Part shown: positions 54,401-61,669 of the stretch, piece by piece | Position numbering within the stretch: the stretch's first letter is position 1 | Layout of the letters: each line of letters begins with the position of its first letter | Origin: an uncultured Acidobacteriota bacterium | Lineage (GTDB): Bacteria > Acidobacteriota > Blastocatellia > RBC074 | Direction of reading: 5' to 3' | DNA: 64,000 nucleotides | NCBI GenBank assembly: GCA_963796275.1 | Contig: CAWCKY010000007.1 | Coordinates: forward strand, 1,007,383-1,071,382 | Made by a program: the position numbers and the translations under genes | Notes under the pieces: generated by a model | Databases searched by the model: none | What the model was told of the DNA's origin: nothing | What the model saw: the letters and a program-made list of their open reading frames with translations, nothing else

Positions 54401-55689
54401 TAGGCCACTAGCCGTTGATCCCCAGGACTCTCCTCCCTGGCTACCACCACCCCCTCTCGTATCCCCGGGTGCTTTTCCAACTGTGCCTCGATCTCTCCCA
54501 GTTCGATCCGGAACCCTCGCACCTTCACCTGGTAGTCATTGCGGCCCGCGAACTCAATCGTTCCATCCGGCAGCCATCTCCCAAGATCGCCAGTTCTATA
54601 CATCCGACCTCCGCCCTCTCCAGCGAAGGGATCAGCCACGAATCTCTCCGCCGTCAACTCCGGCCGGTTCCGATAACCGCGCCCAACCTGCACTCCGCCA
54701 ATATGGATTTCGCCAGCCACACCAACGGGTGCTGGTCGTCCTGCTTCGTCGAGAATGTATATCCGGGTGTTGGCGATCGGGCTTCCGATTGACACACTCA
54801 CCTTTGACAACTCCGTGCGATACACCCCGGCGGTCACATCCACCGCTGCTTCCGTCGGTCCGTACAGGTTGTGAAGCCCTGCCCTCATTAACCGCTCTTG
54901 GAATCTTCGGGCGAGAGTGGCCTGTAGAGTCTCTCCACTGCAAATCACTCGCTCCAGGCTGGAGCACTTCCCGACCTCAAGAGGCTCAAGGAAGGCCTGC
55001 AGCATCGAGGGAACGAAATGGATAGTGCTGATTTTCTCTCGCTGGATGGTCTCGATAAGATAGGCTGGATCCTTCTGTCCTCCCGGTCGCGCCATCACCA
55101 GTCTGGCGCCGACCTGTAACGGCCAGAAGAATTCCCACACCGATACATCAAAGCTGAACGGCGTCTTCTGCAACACCGAGTCCTGCTGATCGAGCCCATA
55201 TGCGCGTTGCATCCAGGCAAGTCGATTGACCACACCACGATGCTCGTTCATTGCCCCCTTTGGCATCCCGGTGGAGCCTGAGGTATAGATCACATAGGCC
55301 AGATGCTCCGGCCTGAGTCCCACACTCCTGCGTTCAGGGTTGACTTCAGGCCTGTCTGCCCACTCGGGAGTCTCCGCCCCCAGCTCAATCACCTCCAGCT
55401 CAGTTCTTACTCCGGCAAACATTCCGGCTAGACTTTCCTCTGTCAGGAGGGTCGTCGGCGTGCTGTCCTCCAACATATACCTCAATCGCTCTGGCGGATA
55501 GGTCGGATCCAGCGGCACGTATGCTCCTCCTGCTTTCAAGATCGCCAGCAGTCCCACCATCATCTCCAGCCCTCGCTCCGCGCAGATCGCCACACGGGTA
55601 TCGGGTCTCACTCCCCTCTCCCTCAGGTAATGCGCTATCCGATTGGCTCGTTTATTCAACTCTTGGTATGTAAGGTAATTCATCTTCAT
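42496..55689 (-). CDS. NRPS C-terminal segment: A(Ser)-T-E/C-A(Ser)-T-E/C-A(Ser)-T-C(LCL)-A(Val)-T-TE-TE
   Basis: YTSGSTG, YGPTE, LGGHSL, dual-domain [34 protein letters not shown] and GHSFGG. Codes read by eye: DVWHISLVDK and DALWIGGTFK. Confidence 0.95.
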   Translation of the reverse strand: MKMNYLTYQELNKRANRIAHYLRERGVRPDTRVAICAERGLEMMVGLLAILKAGGAYVPLDPTYPPERLRYMLEDSTPTTLLTEESLAGMFAGVRTELEVIELGAETPEWADRPEVNPERRSVGLRPEHLAYVIYTSGSTGMPKGAMNEHRGVVNRLAWMQRAYGLDQQDSVLQKTPFSFDVSVWEFFWPLQVGARLVMARPGGQKDPAYLIETIQREKISTIHFVPSMLQAFLEPLEVGKCSSLERVICSGETLQATLARRFQERLMRAGLHNLYGPTEAAVDVTAGVYRTELSKVSVSIGSPIANTRIYILDEAGRPAPVGVAGEIHIGGVQVGRGYRNRPELTAERFVADPFAGEGGGRMYRTGDLGRWLPDGTIEFAGRNDYQVKVRGFRIELGEIEAQLEKHPGIREGVVVAREESPGDQRLVAYYTGAEMGEDTVGAEVLRMYLAASLPEHMVPAAYVRLESLPLTPNGKLDRKALPAPEADAYAVRGYVAPESEVESVLAEIWSEVLKVERIGRHDNFFELGGHSLLAVTLIERMRRRGLQADVRALFNSPTPAGLAEVVSWDAGRVEVPPNGIPLDCGEIRPEMLPLVDLSMAEIERIVRVVSGGAANVQDIYPLTPLQEGILFHHLMASEGDTYLLSCLYSFDSRERLDRYVSALQAVVDRHDILRTAVVWEGLSEPVQVVWRKASLPVEEVRLEEAKGDPAEQLYRSYDPRQTRIEVSRAPLMRVYLARDEARGRWLMLLLLHHLAGDHTTVEVMQEEIRAHLQGESDRLAAPQPFRNFVGQARMGVSREEHEVYFRRLLGEVEEATAPFGLLEVRGEGRGIEEARLELEEGLSQRVRERARKLGVSAASVFHVAWAQVLGRASGREDVVFGTVLFGRMQGGEGADRVMGLLINTLPVRIGMGEEGAEESVRRTHGQLGELMRHEHASLALAQRGSGVAAPAPLFTALLNYRHSQNLVQTRSVEEESAWEGIEVLRGEERTNYPLALSVDDLGEGFVLTAQVEASIDPRRVCGFMQRAVEGLVEALEREPGKAIRSIDVLPEWERRQVVEEWNRTEAEYPSEECIHELFERQAERTPQAVAVVYEDDCLTYQELNKRANRMAHYLRERGVRPDARVAICAERGLEMMVGLLAILKAGGAYVPLDPTYPPERLRYMLEDSTPTTLLTEESLAGMFAGVRTELEVIKLGAETPEWADRPEVNPERRSVGLRPEHLAYVIYTSGSTGMPKGAMNEHRGVVNRLAWMQRAYGLDQQDSVLQKTPFSFDVSVWEFFWPLQVGARLVMARPGGQKDPAYLIETIQREKISTIHFVPSMLQAFLEPLEVGKCSSLERVICSGETLQATLARRFQERLMRAGLHNLYGPTEAAVDVTAGVYRTELSKVSVSIGSPIANTWIYILDEAGRPAPVGVAGEIHIGGVQVGRGYRNRPELTAERFVADPFAGEGGGRMYRTGDLGRWLPDGTIEFAGRNDYQVKVRGFRIELGEIEAQLEKHPGIREGVVVAREESPGDQRLVAYYTGAQMGEDTVGAEVLRTYLAASLPEHMVPAAYVRLESLPLTPNGKLDRRALPAPESGAYATRSYEQPVGEVERALADIWSEVLKVERIGRHDNFFELGGHSLLAVTLIERMRRRGLQADVRALFNSPTPAGLAEVVSWDAGRVEVPPNGIPLDCGEIRPEMLPLVDLSMAEIERIVRVVSGGAANVQDIYPLTPLQEGILFHHLMASEGDTYLLSCLYSFDSRERLDRYVSALQAVVDRHDILRTAVVWEGLSEPVQVVWRKASLPVEEVRLEEAKGDPAEQLYRSYDPRQTRIEVSRAPLMRVYLARDEARGRWLMLLLLHHLAGDHTTVEVMQEEIRAHLQGENDRLAAPQPFRNFVGQARMGVSREEHEVYFRRLLGEVEEATAPFGLLEVRGEGRGIEEARLELEEGLSQRVRERARKLGVSAASVFHVAWAQVLGRVSGREDVVFGTVLFGRMQGGEGADRVMGLLINTLPVRIGVGEEGAEESVRRTHGQLGELMRHEHASLALAQRCSGVAAPAPLFTALLNYRHSQNLAQTRSVEEERVWEGIEVLRGEERTNYPLTLSVDDLGEEFVLTAQVEAPIDPRRICGFMQRAVEGLVEALEREPGKAIRSIDVLPEWERRQVVEEWNRTEAEYPSEECIHELFERQAERTPQAVAVVYEDDCLTYQELNKRANRMAHYLRERGVRPDARVAICAERGLEMMVGLLAILKAGGAYVPLDPTYPPERLRYMLEDSTPTTLLTEESLAGMFAGVRTELEVIKLGAETPEWADRPEVNPERRSVGLRPEHLAYVIYTSGSTGMPKGAMNEHRGVVNRLAWMQRAYGLDQQDSVLQKTPFSFDVSVWEFFWPLQVGARLVMARPGGQKDPAYLIETIQREKISTIHFVPSMLQAFLEPLEVGKCSSLERVICSGETLQATLARRFQERLMRAGLHNLYGPTEAAVDVTAGVYRTELSKVSVSIGSPIANTRIYILDEAGRPAPVGVAGEIHIGGVQVGRGYRNRPELTAERFVADPFAGEGGGRMYRTGDLGRWLPDGTIEFAGRNDYQVKVRGFRIELGEIEAQLEKHPGIREGVVVAREESPGDQRLVAYYTGAEMGEDTVGAEVLRTYLAASLPEHMVPAAYVRLESLPLTPNGKLDRRALPAPESGAYATRSYEQPVGEVERALADIWSEVLKVERIGRHDNFFELGGHSLLAMQVISRLRDALSVEVPFGDLFAHPVLSDFASGLEIAAHTELPSITPVEGPERLALSFAQQRLWFISQLGRASKAYHIPIGLRLVGDLDRTALRKALDRIVARHEILRTTFGQIDGQPVQRIATEEESRFHLLEHDLRHKADAEGEICHLIGQEALATFDLEQGPLIRGRLIRQEEDVYTLLITMHHIVSDGWSIGVLMGELGVLYDAYRNGEADPLPSLRVQYADYAVWQRGWMGGDILKRQADYWRETLEGAPALLELAPDQERPAEQDYAGSLIKVELEPELTEGLKALSQRHGTTLFMTLLAGWGALLGRLAGQEEVVIGTPVANRGRTEIEGLIGFFVNTLALRLDVLGTRSVGEVLERVKAQVVAAQQHQDIPFEQVVEMVGPVRSLAHSPLFQAMFAWQSASKDVFKLPGLEVAPLGTSPHVTTRFDLTLVLQEAEETVIGGLEYATSLFESSTVERYLGYWRALLRGMVADETEMIGRLPLLSECERRQVVEEWNRTEAEYPSEECIHELFERQAERTPQAVAVVCEGNHLSYGELNARANCLAHHLRERGLGPGGRAVILLERSIELVVAELAILKCGAAYVPIDPSFPRERIRFIVGDSGARIVLTMESMELVEMPATERVNLDEERLIDGVAENLDQPLDSGAMAYIMYTSGSTGQPKGVVIPHRAVARVVINNGYAQFNAEDAVAFAANPAFDATTLEVWAPLLNGGRIVVIEQAVLLEPRRFREMLRRQGVNVLWLTVGLFNQYADELSEDIVNLRYMIIGGDVVDPKVIARVLLSNPPKHLINGYGPTETTTFATTYEISEIRRDERSIPIGRPITNTRIYILNVDGEPAPIGVMGELYIGGAGVALGYLNRPELTAERFVADPFAGEGGGRMYRTGDLGRWLPDGTIEFAGRNDYQVKVRGFRIELGEIEAQLERHPGIREGVVVAREESPGDQRLVAYYTGAEMGEDTVGAEVLRTYLAANLPDYMVPAAYVRLESLPLTPNGKLDRKALPAPEADAYAVRGYVAPKGEMESVLAGIWSEVLKVERIGRHDNFFELGGHSLLTLQLVSSLKRIGICISIADVLMHPTIESLAQQILQQDGGTWDYMAIPIRAGSGSPPLFLIHEGAGLLLYALKLTPYIDADIPIYGLPPKPLAEAQFRTIEGMAARMVRMIRAVQPIGPYFIAGWSFGGTLAYEIATQLIGEDQIVQFLGLFDTNYGYCADAFMPEQALDDKNWLFHRLYLESGSNESLQSRIEELKCLELEVDFGTLVRKCHDMSILPRHIMGFTTEEVAHYLSRERMFYLANLQYIAQPIPIPIYLFTAQCEEIANPLRHWDAVLPTEQIRVIPVPGTHQSMVKPPNIELLGRALSDAIRNASEESQSLKERSYSPLVTLHTERRSDTALFCVPGAGDSVSSFAQLAHSLDKIQLIYGLQPRGLDGVLVPHSTVSAAAKLYLQTVNEIHPQGPVHLLGHSFGGWVVFEMAQRMRAAGRVIASLTILDSEAPDTDDTFVREYNRTEVVMKLIEIYEQVAGCQLEITSSDLESCDAAAQGELIHERLVAIGLLPRRSEPEILGGPLRTFAACLRTHYQPDKVYPELVRLVLLDDPKLDEETNWNQHGQRVAGWRRWAPNLSFWHGPGNHMSALRPPYIQALATWFSLVLQSNVLTEPIEEDCRRICVNAE

Positions 55690-58600
55690 AGACTACCGCC
55701 ACTGCCTGCGGCGTCCTCTCCGCCTGTCTCTCAAACAGCTCGTGGATGCACTCTTCGCTCGGATACTCCGCTTCCGTCCGGTTCCATTCCTCCACCACCT
55801 GTCGCCGCTCCCATTCCGGCAGCACATCGATGCTTCTTATCGCCTTGCCGGGCTCTCTTTCCAGCGCTTCCACTAATCCCTCCACCGCTCTCTGCATAAA
55901 ACCGCAGATCCGTCTCGGATCGATCGGAGCCTCCACCTGTGCCGTCAATACGAACTCTTCCCCCAGATCGTCTACCGACAAGGTCAGCGGATAGTTCGTC
56001 CTCTCTTCCCCGCGCAGCACCTCTATCCCTTCCCACACCCTCTCTTCCTCAACCGATCGAGTTTGCGCCAAGTTCTGACTATGGCGGTAATTCAGCAGTG
56101 CCGTGAACAACGGCGCCGGAGCCGCCACTCCGCTGCATCGCTGCGCCAGGGCCAGCGAGGCGTGCTCATGCCGCATCAGCTCTCCCAGCTGCCCGTGCGT
56201 CCTCCTTACACTCTCCTCCGCTCCCTCCTCCCCCATACCGATCCTCACCGGCAGCGTGTTGATCAACAGTCCCATCACTCGATCTGCCCCTTCTCCTCCC
56301 TGCATCCTTCCAAACAACACCGTCCCGAAGACCACATCCTCTCGCCCAGAGACTCGTCCCAGCACCTGTGCCCACGCCACGTGAAACACACTCGCAGCGC
56401 TCACTCCAAGCTTGCGTGCACGTTCTCTCACTCGCTGCGACAATCCCTCCTCTAGTTGGAGACGAGATTCTCCTATGCCTCCTCCATCGCCCTGCACGTT
56501 GAGTAGCCCGAACGGCGCCGTCGCCTCCTCGACCTCTCCCAGCAAGCGCCGGAAGTAGACCTCGTGCTCTTCACGACTCACTCCCATCCGCGCCTGCCCC
56601 ACAAAGTTGCGGAACGGCTGCGGCGCCGCCAGTCGATCGCTCTCTCCCTGCAGATGCGCTCGAATCTCCTCCTGCATTACCTCCAGCGTGGTGTGATCTC
56701 CGGCCAGGTGATGCAGCAACAACAGCATCAACCATCGCCCTCTCGCCTCATCCCGCGCCAGGTACACTCGCATCAACGGCGCACGGCTCACCTCGATCCT
56801 CGTCTGTCGCGGATCGTAGCTTCGGTACAACTGTTCGGCCGGATCGCCCTTCGCCTCCTCCAGCCTCACCTCCTCCACAGGCAGACTCGCCTTCCGCCAG
56901 ACCACCTGCACCGGCTCGCTCAGCCCTTCCCAGACCACCGCTGTGCGCAGAATGTCGTGCCGATCCACCACCGCCTGCAACGCGCTCACATACCTATCCA
57001 GCCTCTCCCGGCTATCGAAGCTATAGAGACACGACAGTAGGTAGGTATCTCCCTCGGAGGCCATAAGGTGATGAAAGAGAATCCCTTCCTGCAACGGCGT
57101 CAGCGGATAGATGTCCTGCACATTGGCTGCTCCTCCAGACACCACTCTCACGATCCTCTCGATCTCCGCCATCGACAGGTCGACCAGCGGCAGCATCTCG
57201 GGCCTGATCTCCCCGCAATCGAGCGGGATGCCATTTGGCGGCACCTCCACCCTTCCGGCGTCCCAGCTCACAACCTCGGCTAGCCCGGCCGGCGTCGGGC
57301 TGTTGAACAGCGCACGCACGTCAACCTGCAGTCCTCTCCGCCGCATGCGCTCGATCAGCGTCACTGCCAGCAGCGAATGGCCCCCCAGCTCAAAGAAGTT
57401 GTCGTGCCGGCCGATCCTCTCCACCTTCAACACCTCCGACCATATCTCCGCCAGCACACTCTCCACCTCACTCTCGGGCGCGACATATCCGCGCATAGCA
57501 TAGGCATCTGCTTCCGGTATCGGCAGGGCCTTGCGGTCCAGCTTCCCATTCGGCGTCAGCGGCAACGACTCCAGCCGCACATACGCTGCCGGCACCATAT
57601 AGTCAGGCAGGTTTGCCGCCAAATACGTCCGCAGGACCTCCGCGCCTATTGTGTCTTCACCCATTTCCGCACCGGTGTAGTAGGCCACGAGCCGTTGATC
57701 CCCAGGACTCTCCTCCCTGGCTACCACCACCGCCTCTCGTATTCCCGGGTGACTTCCCAACTGTGCCTCGATCTCTCCCAGTTCGATCCGGAACCCTCGC
57801 ACCTTCACCTGGTAGTCGTTGCGGCCCACGAACTCGATTGTTCCATCCGGTAGCCATCTTCCAAGATCGCCGGTCCTATACATCCGACCTCCGCCCTCTC
57901 CAGCGAAGGAATCAGCCACGAATCTCTCCGCCGTCAACTCCGGCCGGTTCAGATAGCCCAGCGCTACTCCCGCTCCTCCGATGTACAACTCTCCCATCAC
58001 TCCTATCGGCGCCGGCTCTCCACAGGCATCCAAAATGTAGACCCGTGTGTTGGCGATTGAACGACCTATTGGAATACTCCGCTCATCTTCCCTTACCTCA
58101 CTGATTTCGTAGGTGGTAGCAAAGGTCGTCGTTTCGGTCGGCCCGTAACAGTGGATCAGATGTTTTGGCTCTCCATCTTTAAGCACTTGCTCGAAAGCGG
58201 CTGGATTACTCCTCTCACCACCGGTGAGCAGAAAGCGCAACCCGGCAAATATCCCTGGTTTGATCGCCGCACATTGATTAAAGACCGCTGTGGTGATGAA
58301 TAGCGTCGTGACACCTTCTCGCTCAAGAATTTCCTCAAGTAGTTCTGGATCGACCAGTACGGCCTGCTCGATAACCACGATGCGCCCCCCATTGAGCAAC
58401 GGCGCCCACACCTCCAACGTCGTGGCATCAAACGCCGGATTGGCCGCGAAAGCCACCGCGTCCTCAGCATTGAATTGCGCATACCCGTTGTTGATTACCA
58501 CTCGCGCCACCGCTCGATGCGGTATCACCACTCCCTTCGGCTGGCCCGTCGAACCAGATGTGTACATGATGTAGGCCATTGCCCCACTATCGAGCGGCTG

Positions 58601-61600
58601 GTCCAGATTTTCCGCCACACCATCAATCAGCCTCTCCTCATCCAGATTGACTCTCTCTGTGGCAGGCATCTCGACCAGCTCTACACTCTCGATTGTGAGC
58701 ACGATCCTGGCTCCGCTATCTCCGACAATGAATCGAATCCGCTCGCGGGGGAAGCTCGGATCGATCGGCACATAGGCAGCACCACACTTGAGAATGGCAA
58801 GTTCAGCGACCACCAGCTCAATCGAGCGCTCCAGTAGAATCACCGCTCGGCCCCCCGGTCCTAGACCTCTCTCTCTCAGGTAGTGTGCTACACGGTTAGC
58901 TCGGGCATTGAGCTCTCCATAACTCAGATGATTCCCTTCACAGACCACCGCCACTGCCTGCGGCGTCCTCTCCGCCTGTCTCTCAAACAGCTCGTGGATG
59001 CACTCTTCGCTCGGATACTCCGCTTCCGTCCGGTTCCATTCCTCCACCACCTGTCGTCGCTCCCATTCCGGCAGCACATCGATGCTTCTTATCGCCTTGC
59101 CGGGCTCTCTTTCCAGCGCTTCCACCAATCCCTCCACCGCTCTCTGCATAAAACCGCAGACCCGTCTCGGATCGATCGGAGCCTCCACCTGTGCCGTCAA
59201 CACGAACTCTTCTCCCAGATCGTCCACCGACAAGGCCAGCGGATAGTTCGTCCTCTCTTCCCCGCGCAGCACCTCTATCCCTTCCCACACCCTCTCTTCC
59301 TCAACCGATCGAGTTTGCACCAAATTCTGACTATGGCGGTAATTCAGTAGTGCCGTGAACAACGGCGCCGGAGCCGCCACTCCGCTGCATCGCTGCGCCA
59401 GGGCCAGCGAGGCGTGCTCATGCCGCATCAGCTCTCCCAGCTGCCCGTGCGTCCTCCTTACACTCTCCTCCGCTCCCTCCTCCCCCATACCGATCCTCAC
59501 CGGCAGCGTGTTGATCAACAGCCCCATCACTCGATCTGCCCCTTCTCCTCCCTGCATCCTCCCAAACAGCACCGTCCCGAAGACCACATCCTCTCGCCCA
59601 GAGACTCGTCCCAGCACCTGTGCCCACGCCACGTGAAACACACTCGCAGCGCTCACTCCAAGCTTGCGTGCACGTTCTCTCACTCGCTGCGACAATCCCT
59701 CCTCCAACTCCAGCCTCGCCTCCTCGATCCCGCGCCCCTCTCCTCTCACCTCCAGCAGTCCGAACGGCGCCGTCGCCTCCTCGACCTCTCCCAGCAAGCG
59801 CCGGAAGAAGACCTCGTGCTCTTCACGACTCACTCCCATCCGCGCCTGCCCCACAAAGTTGCGGAACGGCTGCGGCGCCGCCAGTCGATCGCTCTCTCCC
59901 TGCAGATGCGCTCGAATCTCCTCCTGCATCACCTCCACCGTGGTGTGATCTCCGGCCAGGTGATGCAGCAACAACAGCATCAACCATCGCCCTCTCGCCT
60001 CATCCCGCGCCAGGTACACTCGCATCAACGGCGCACGGCTCACCTCGATCCTCGTCTGTCGCGGATCGTAGCTTCGGTACAACTGTTCGGCCGGATCGCC
60101 CTTCGCCTCCTCCAGCCTCACCTCCTCCACAGGCAGACTCGCCTTCCGCCAGACCACCTGCACCGGCTCGCTCAGCCCTTCCCAGACCACCGCTGTGCGC
60201 AGAATGTCGTGCCGATCCACCACCGCCTGCAACGCGCTCACATACCTATCCAGCCTCTCCCGGCTATCGAAGCTATAGAGACACGACAGTAGGTAGGTAT
60301 CTCCCTCGGAGGCCATAAGGTGATGAAAGAGAATCCCTTCCTGCAACGGCGTCAGCGGATAGATGTCCTGCACATTGGCTGCTCCTCCAGACACCACTCT
60401 CACGATCCTCTCGATCTCCGCCATCGACAGGTCGACCAGCGGCAGCATCTCGGGCCTGATCTCCCCGCAATCGAGCGGGATGCCATTTGGCGGCACCTCC
60501 ACCCTTCCGGCGTCCCAGCTCACAACCTCGGCTAGCCCGGCCGGCGTCGGGCTGTTGAACAGCGCACGCACGTCAACCTGCAGTCCTCTCCGCCGCATGC
60601 GCTCGATCAGCGTCACTGCCAGCAGCGAATGGCCCCCCAGCTCAAAGAAGTTGTCGTGCCGGCCGATCCTCTCCACCTTCAACACCTCCGACCATATCTC
60701 CGCCAGCACACTCTCCACCTCACTCTCGGGCGCGACATATCCGCGCACAGCATAGGCATCTGCTTCCGGTATCGGCAGGGCCTTGCGGTCCAGCTTCCCA
60801 TTCGGCGTCAGCGGCAACGACTCCAGTCGCACATACGCTGCCGGCACCATATAGTCAGGCAGGTTTGCCGCCAGATACGTCCGCAGGACCTCCGCGCCTA
60901 CTGTGTCTTCACCCATTTCCGCACCGGTGTAGTAGGCCACTAGCCGTTGATTCCCAGGACTCTCCTCCCTGGCTACCACCACCCCCTCTCGTATCCCCGG
61001 GTGCCTTTCCAACTGTGCCTCGATCTCTCCCAGTTCGATCCGGAACCCTCGCACCTTCACCTGGCAGTCGTTGCGGCCCGCGAACTCAATCGTTCCATCC
61101 GGTAGCCATCTTCCAAGATCGCCAGTTCTATACATCCGACCTCCGCCCTCTCCAGCGAAGGAATCAGCCACGAATCTCTCCGCCGTCAACTCCGGCCGGT
61201 TCAGATAGCCCAGCGCTACTCCCGCTCCTCCGATGTACAGTTCTCCCATCACTCCTATCGGCGCCGGCTCCCCATCGACATTCAAAATGTAGACCCGAGT
61301 GTTGGCGATCGGACGGCCGATTGGAATACTCCGCTCATCTCTCCTTATCACACTGATTTCGTAGGTGGTAGCGAAAGTCGTCGTTTCGGTCGGTCCATAC
61401 CCGTTGATCAGGTGTTTCGGCGGATTGCTGAGCAACACCCGCGCAATCACCTTCGGATCGACCACATCTCCTCCGATAATCATGTAACGCAGGTTGACAA
61501 TATCTTCGCTCAATTCGTCCGCATACTGATTGAATAATCCAACGGTCAACCATAAAACATTGACCCCTTGCCGCCTCAGCATTTCCCTGAACCGTCGGGG

Positions 61601-61669
61601 CTCAAGCAATACCGCCTGCTCGATAACCACGATGCGGCCCCCATTGAGCAACGGCTCCCACACCTCCAC
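55652..61669 (-). CDS. NRPS middle segment: A(Val)-T-E/C-A(Ile)-T-E/C; joined to the downstream ORF by a 1-nt frameshift at ~55680
   Basis: Codes DALWIGGTFK and DALFLGCTFK. TAAGGTAATTCATC here versus TAAGGCAATCATC in the sister modules shows one extra T. Confidence 0.92.
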   Translation of the reverse strand: MEVWEPLLNGGRIVVIEQAVLLEPRRFREMLRRQGVNVLWLTVGLFNQYADELSEDIVNLRYMIIGGDVVDPKVIARVLLSNPPKHLINGYGPTETTTFATTYEISVIRRDERSIPIGRPIANTRVYILNVDGEPAPIGVMGELYIGGAGVALGYLNRPELTAERFVADSFAGEGGGRMYRTGDLGRWLPDGTIEFAGRNDCQVKVRGFRIELGEIEAQLERHPGIREGVVVAREESPGNQRLVAYYTGAEMGEDTVGAEVLRTYLAANLPDYMVPAAYVRLESLPLTPNGKLDRKALPIPEADAYAVRGYVAPESEVESVLAEIWSEVLKVERIGRHDNFFELGGHSLLAVTLIERMRRRGLQVDVRALFNSPTPAGLAEVVSWDAGRVEVPPNGIPLDCGEIRPEMLPLVDLSMAEIERIVRVVSGGAANVQDIYPLTPLQEGILFHHLMASEGDTYLLSCLYSFDSRERLDRYVSALQAVVDRHDILRTAVVWEGLSEPVQVVWRKASLPVEEVRLEEAKGDPAEQLYRSYDPRQTRIEVSRAPLMRVYLARDEARGRWLMLLLLHHLAGDHTTVEVMQEEIRAHLQGESDRLAAPQPFRNFVGQARMGVSREEHEVFFRRLLGEVEEATAPFGLLEVRGEGRGIEEARLELEEGLSQRVRERARKLGVSAASVFHVAWAQVLGRVSGREDVVFGTVLFGRMQGGEGADRVMGLLINTLPVRIGMGEEGAEESVRRTHGQLGELMRHEHASLALAQRCSGVAAPAPLFTALLNYRHSQNLVQTRSVEEERVWEGIEVLRGEERTNYPLALSVDDLGEEFVLTAQVEAPIDPRRVCGFMQRAVEGLVEALEREPGKAIRSIDVLPEWERRQVVEEWNRTEAEYPSEECIHELFERQAERTPQAVAVVCEGNHLSYGELNARANRVAHYLRERGLGPGGRAVILLERSIELVVAELAILKCGAAYVPIDPSFPRERIRFIVGDSGARIVLTIESVELVEMPATERVNLDEERLIDGVAENLDQPLDSGAMAYIMYTSGSTGQPKGVVIPHRAVARVVINNGYAQFNAEDAVAFAANPAFDATTLEVWAPLLNGGRIVVIEQAVLVDPELLEEILEREGVTTLFITTAVFNQCAAIKPGIFAGLRFLLTGGERSNPAAFEQVLKDGEPKHLIHCYGPTETTTFATTYEISEVREDERSIPIGRSIANTRVYILDACGEPAPIGVMGELYIGGAGVALGYLNRPELTAERFVADSFAGEGGGRMYRTGDLGRWLPDGTIEFVGRNDYQVKVRGFRIELGEIEAQLGSHPGIREAVVVAREESPGDQRLVAYYTGAEMGEDTIGAEVLRTYLAANLPDYMVPAAYVRLESLPLTPNGKLDRKALPIPEADAYAMRGYVAPESEVESVLAEIWSEVLKVERIGRHDNFFELGGHSLLAVTLIERMRRRGLQVDVRALFNSPTPAGLAEVVSWDAGRVEVPPNGIPLDCGEIRPEMLPLVDLSMAEIERIVRVVSGGAANVQDIYPLTPLQEGILFHHLMASEGDTYLLSCLYSFDSRERLDRYVSALQAVVDRHDILRTAVVWEGLSEPVQVVWRKASLPVEEVRLEEAKGDPAEQLYRSYDPRQTRIEVSRAPLMRVYLARDEARGRWLMLLLLHHLAGDHTTLEVMQEEIRAHLQGESDRLAAPQPFRNFVGQARMGVSREEHEVYFRRLLGEVEEATAPFGLLNVQGDGGGIGESRLQLEEGLSQRVRERARKLGVSAASVFHVAWAQVLGRVSGREDVVFGTVLFGRMQGGEGADRVMGLLINTLPVRIGMGEEGAEESVRRTHGQLGELMRHEHASLALAQRCSGVAAPAPLFTALLNYRHSQNLAQTRSVEEERVWEGIEVLRGEERTNYPLTLSVDDLGEEFVLTAQVEAPIDPRRICGFMQRAVEGLVEALEREPGKAIRSIDVLPEWERRQVVEEWNRTEAEYPSEECIHELFERQAERTPQAVAVVYEDELPYIPRVE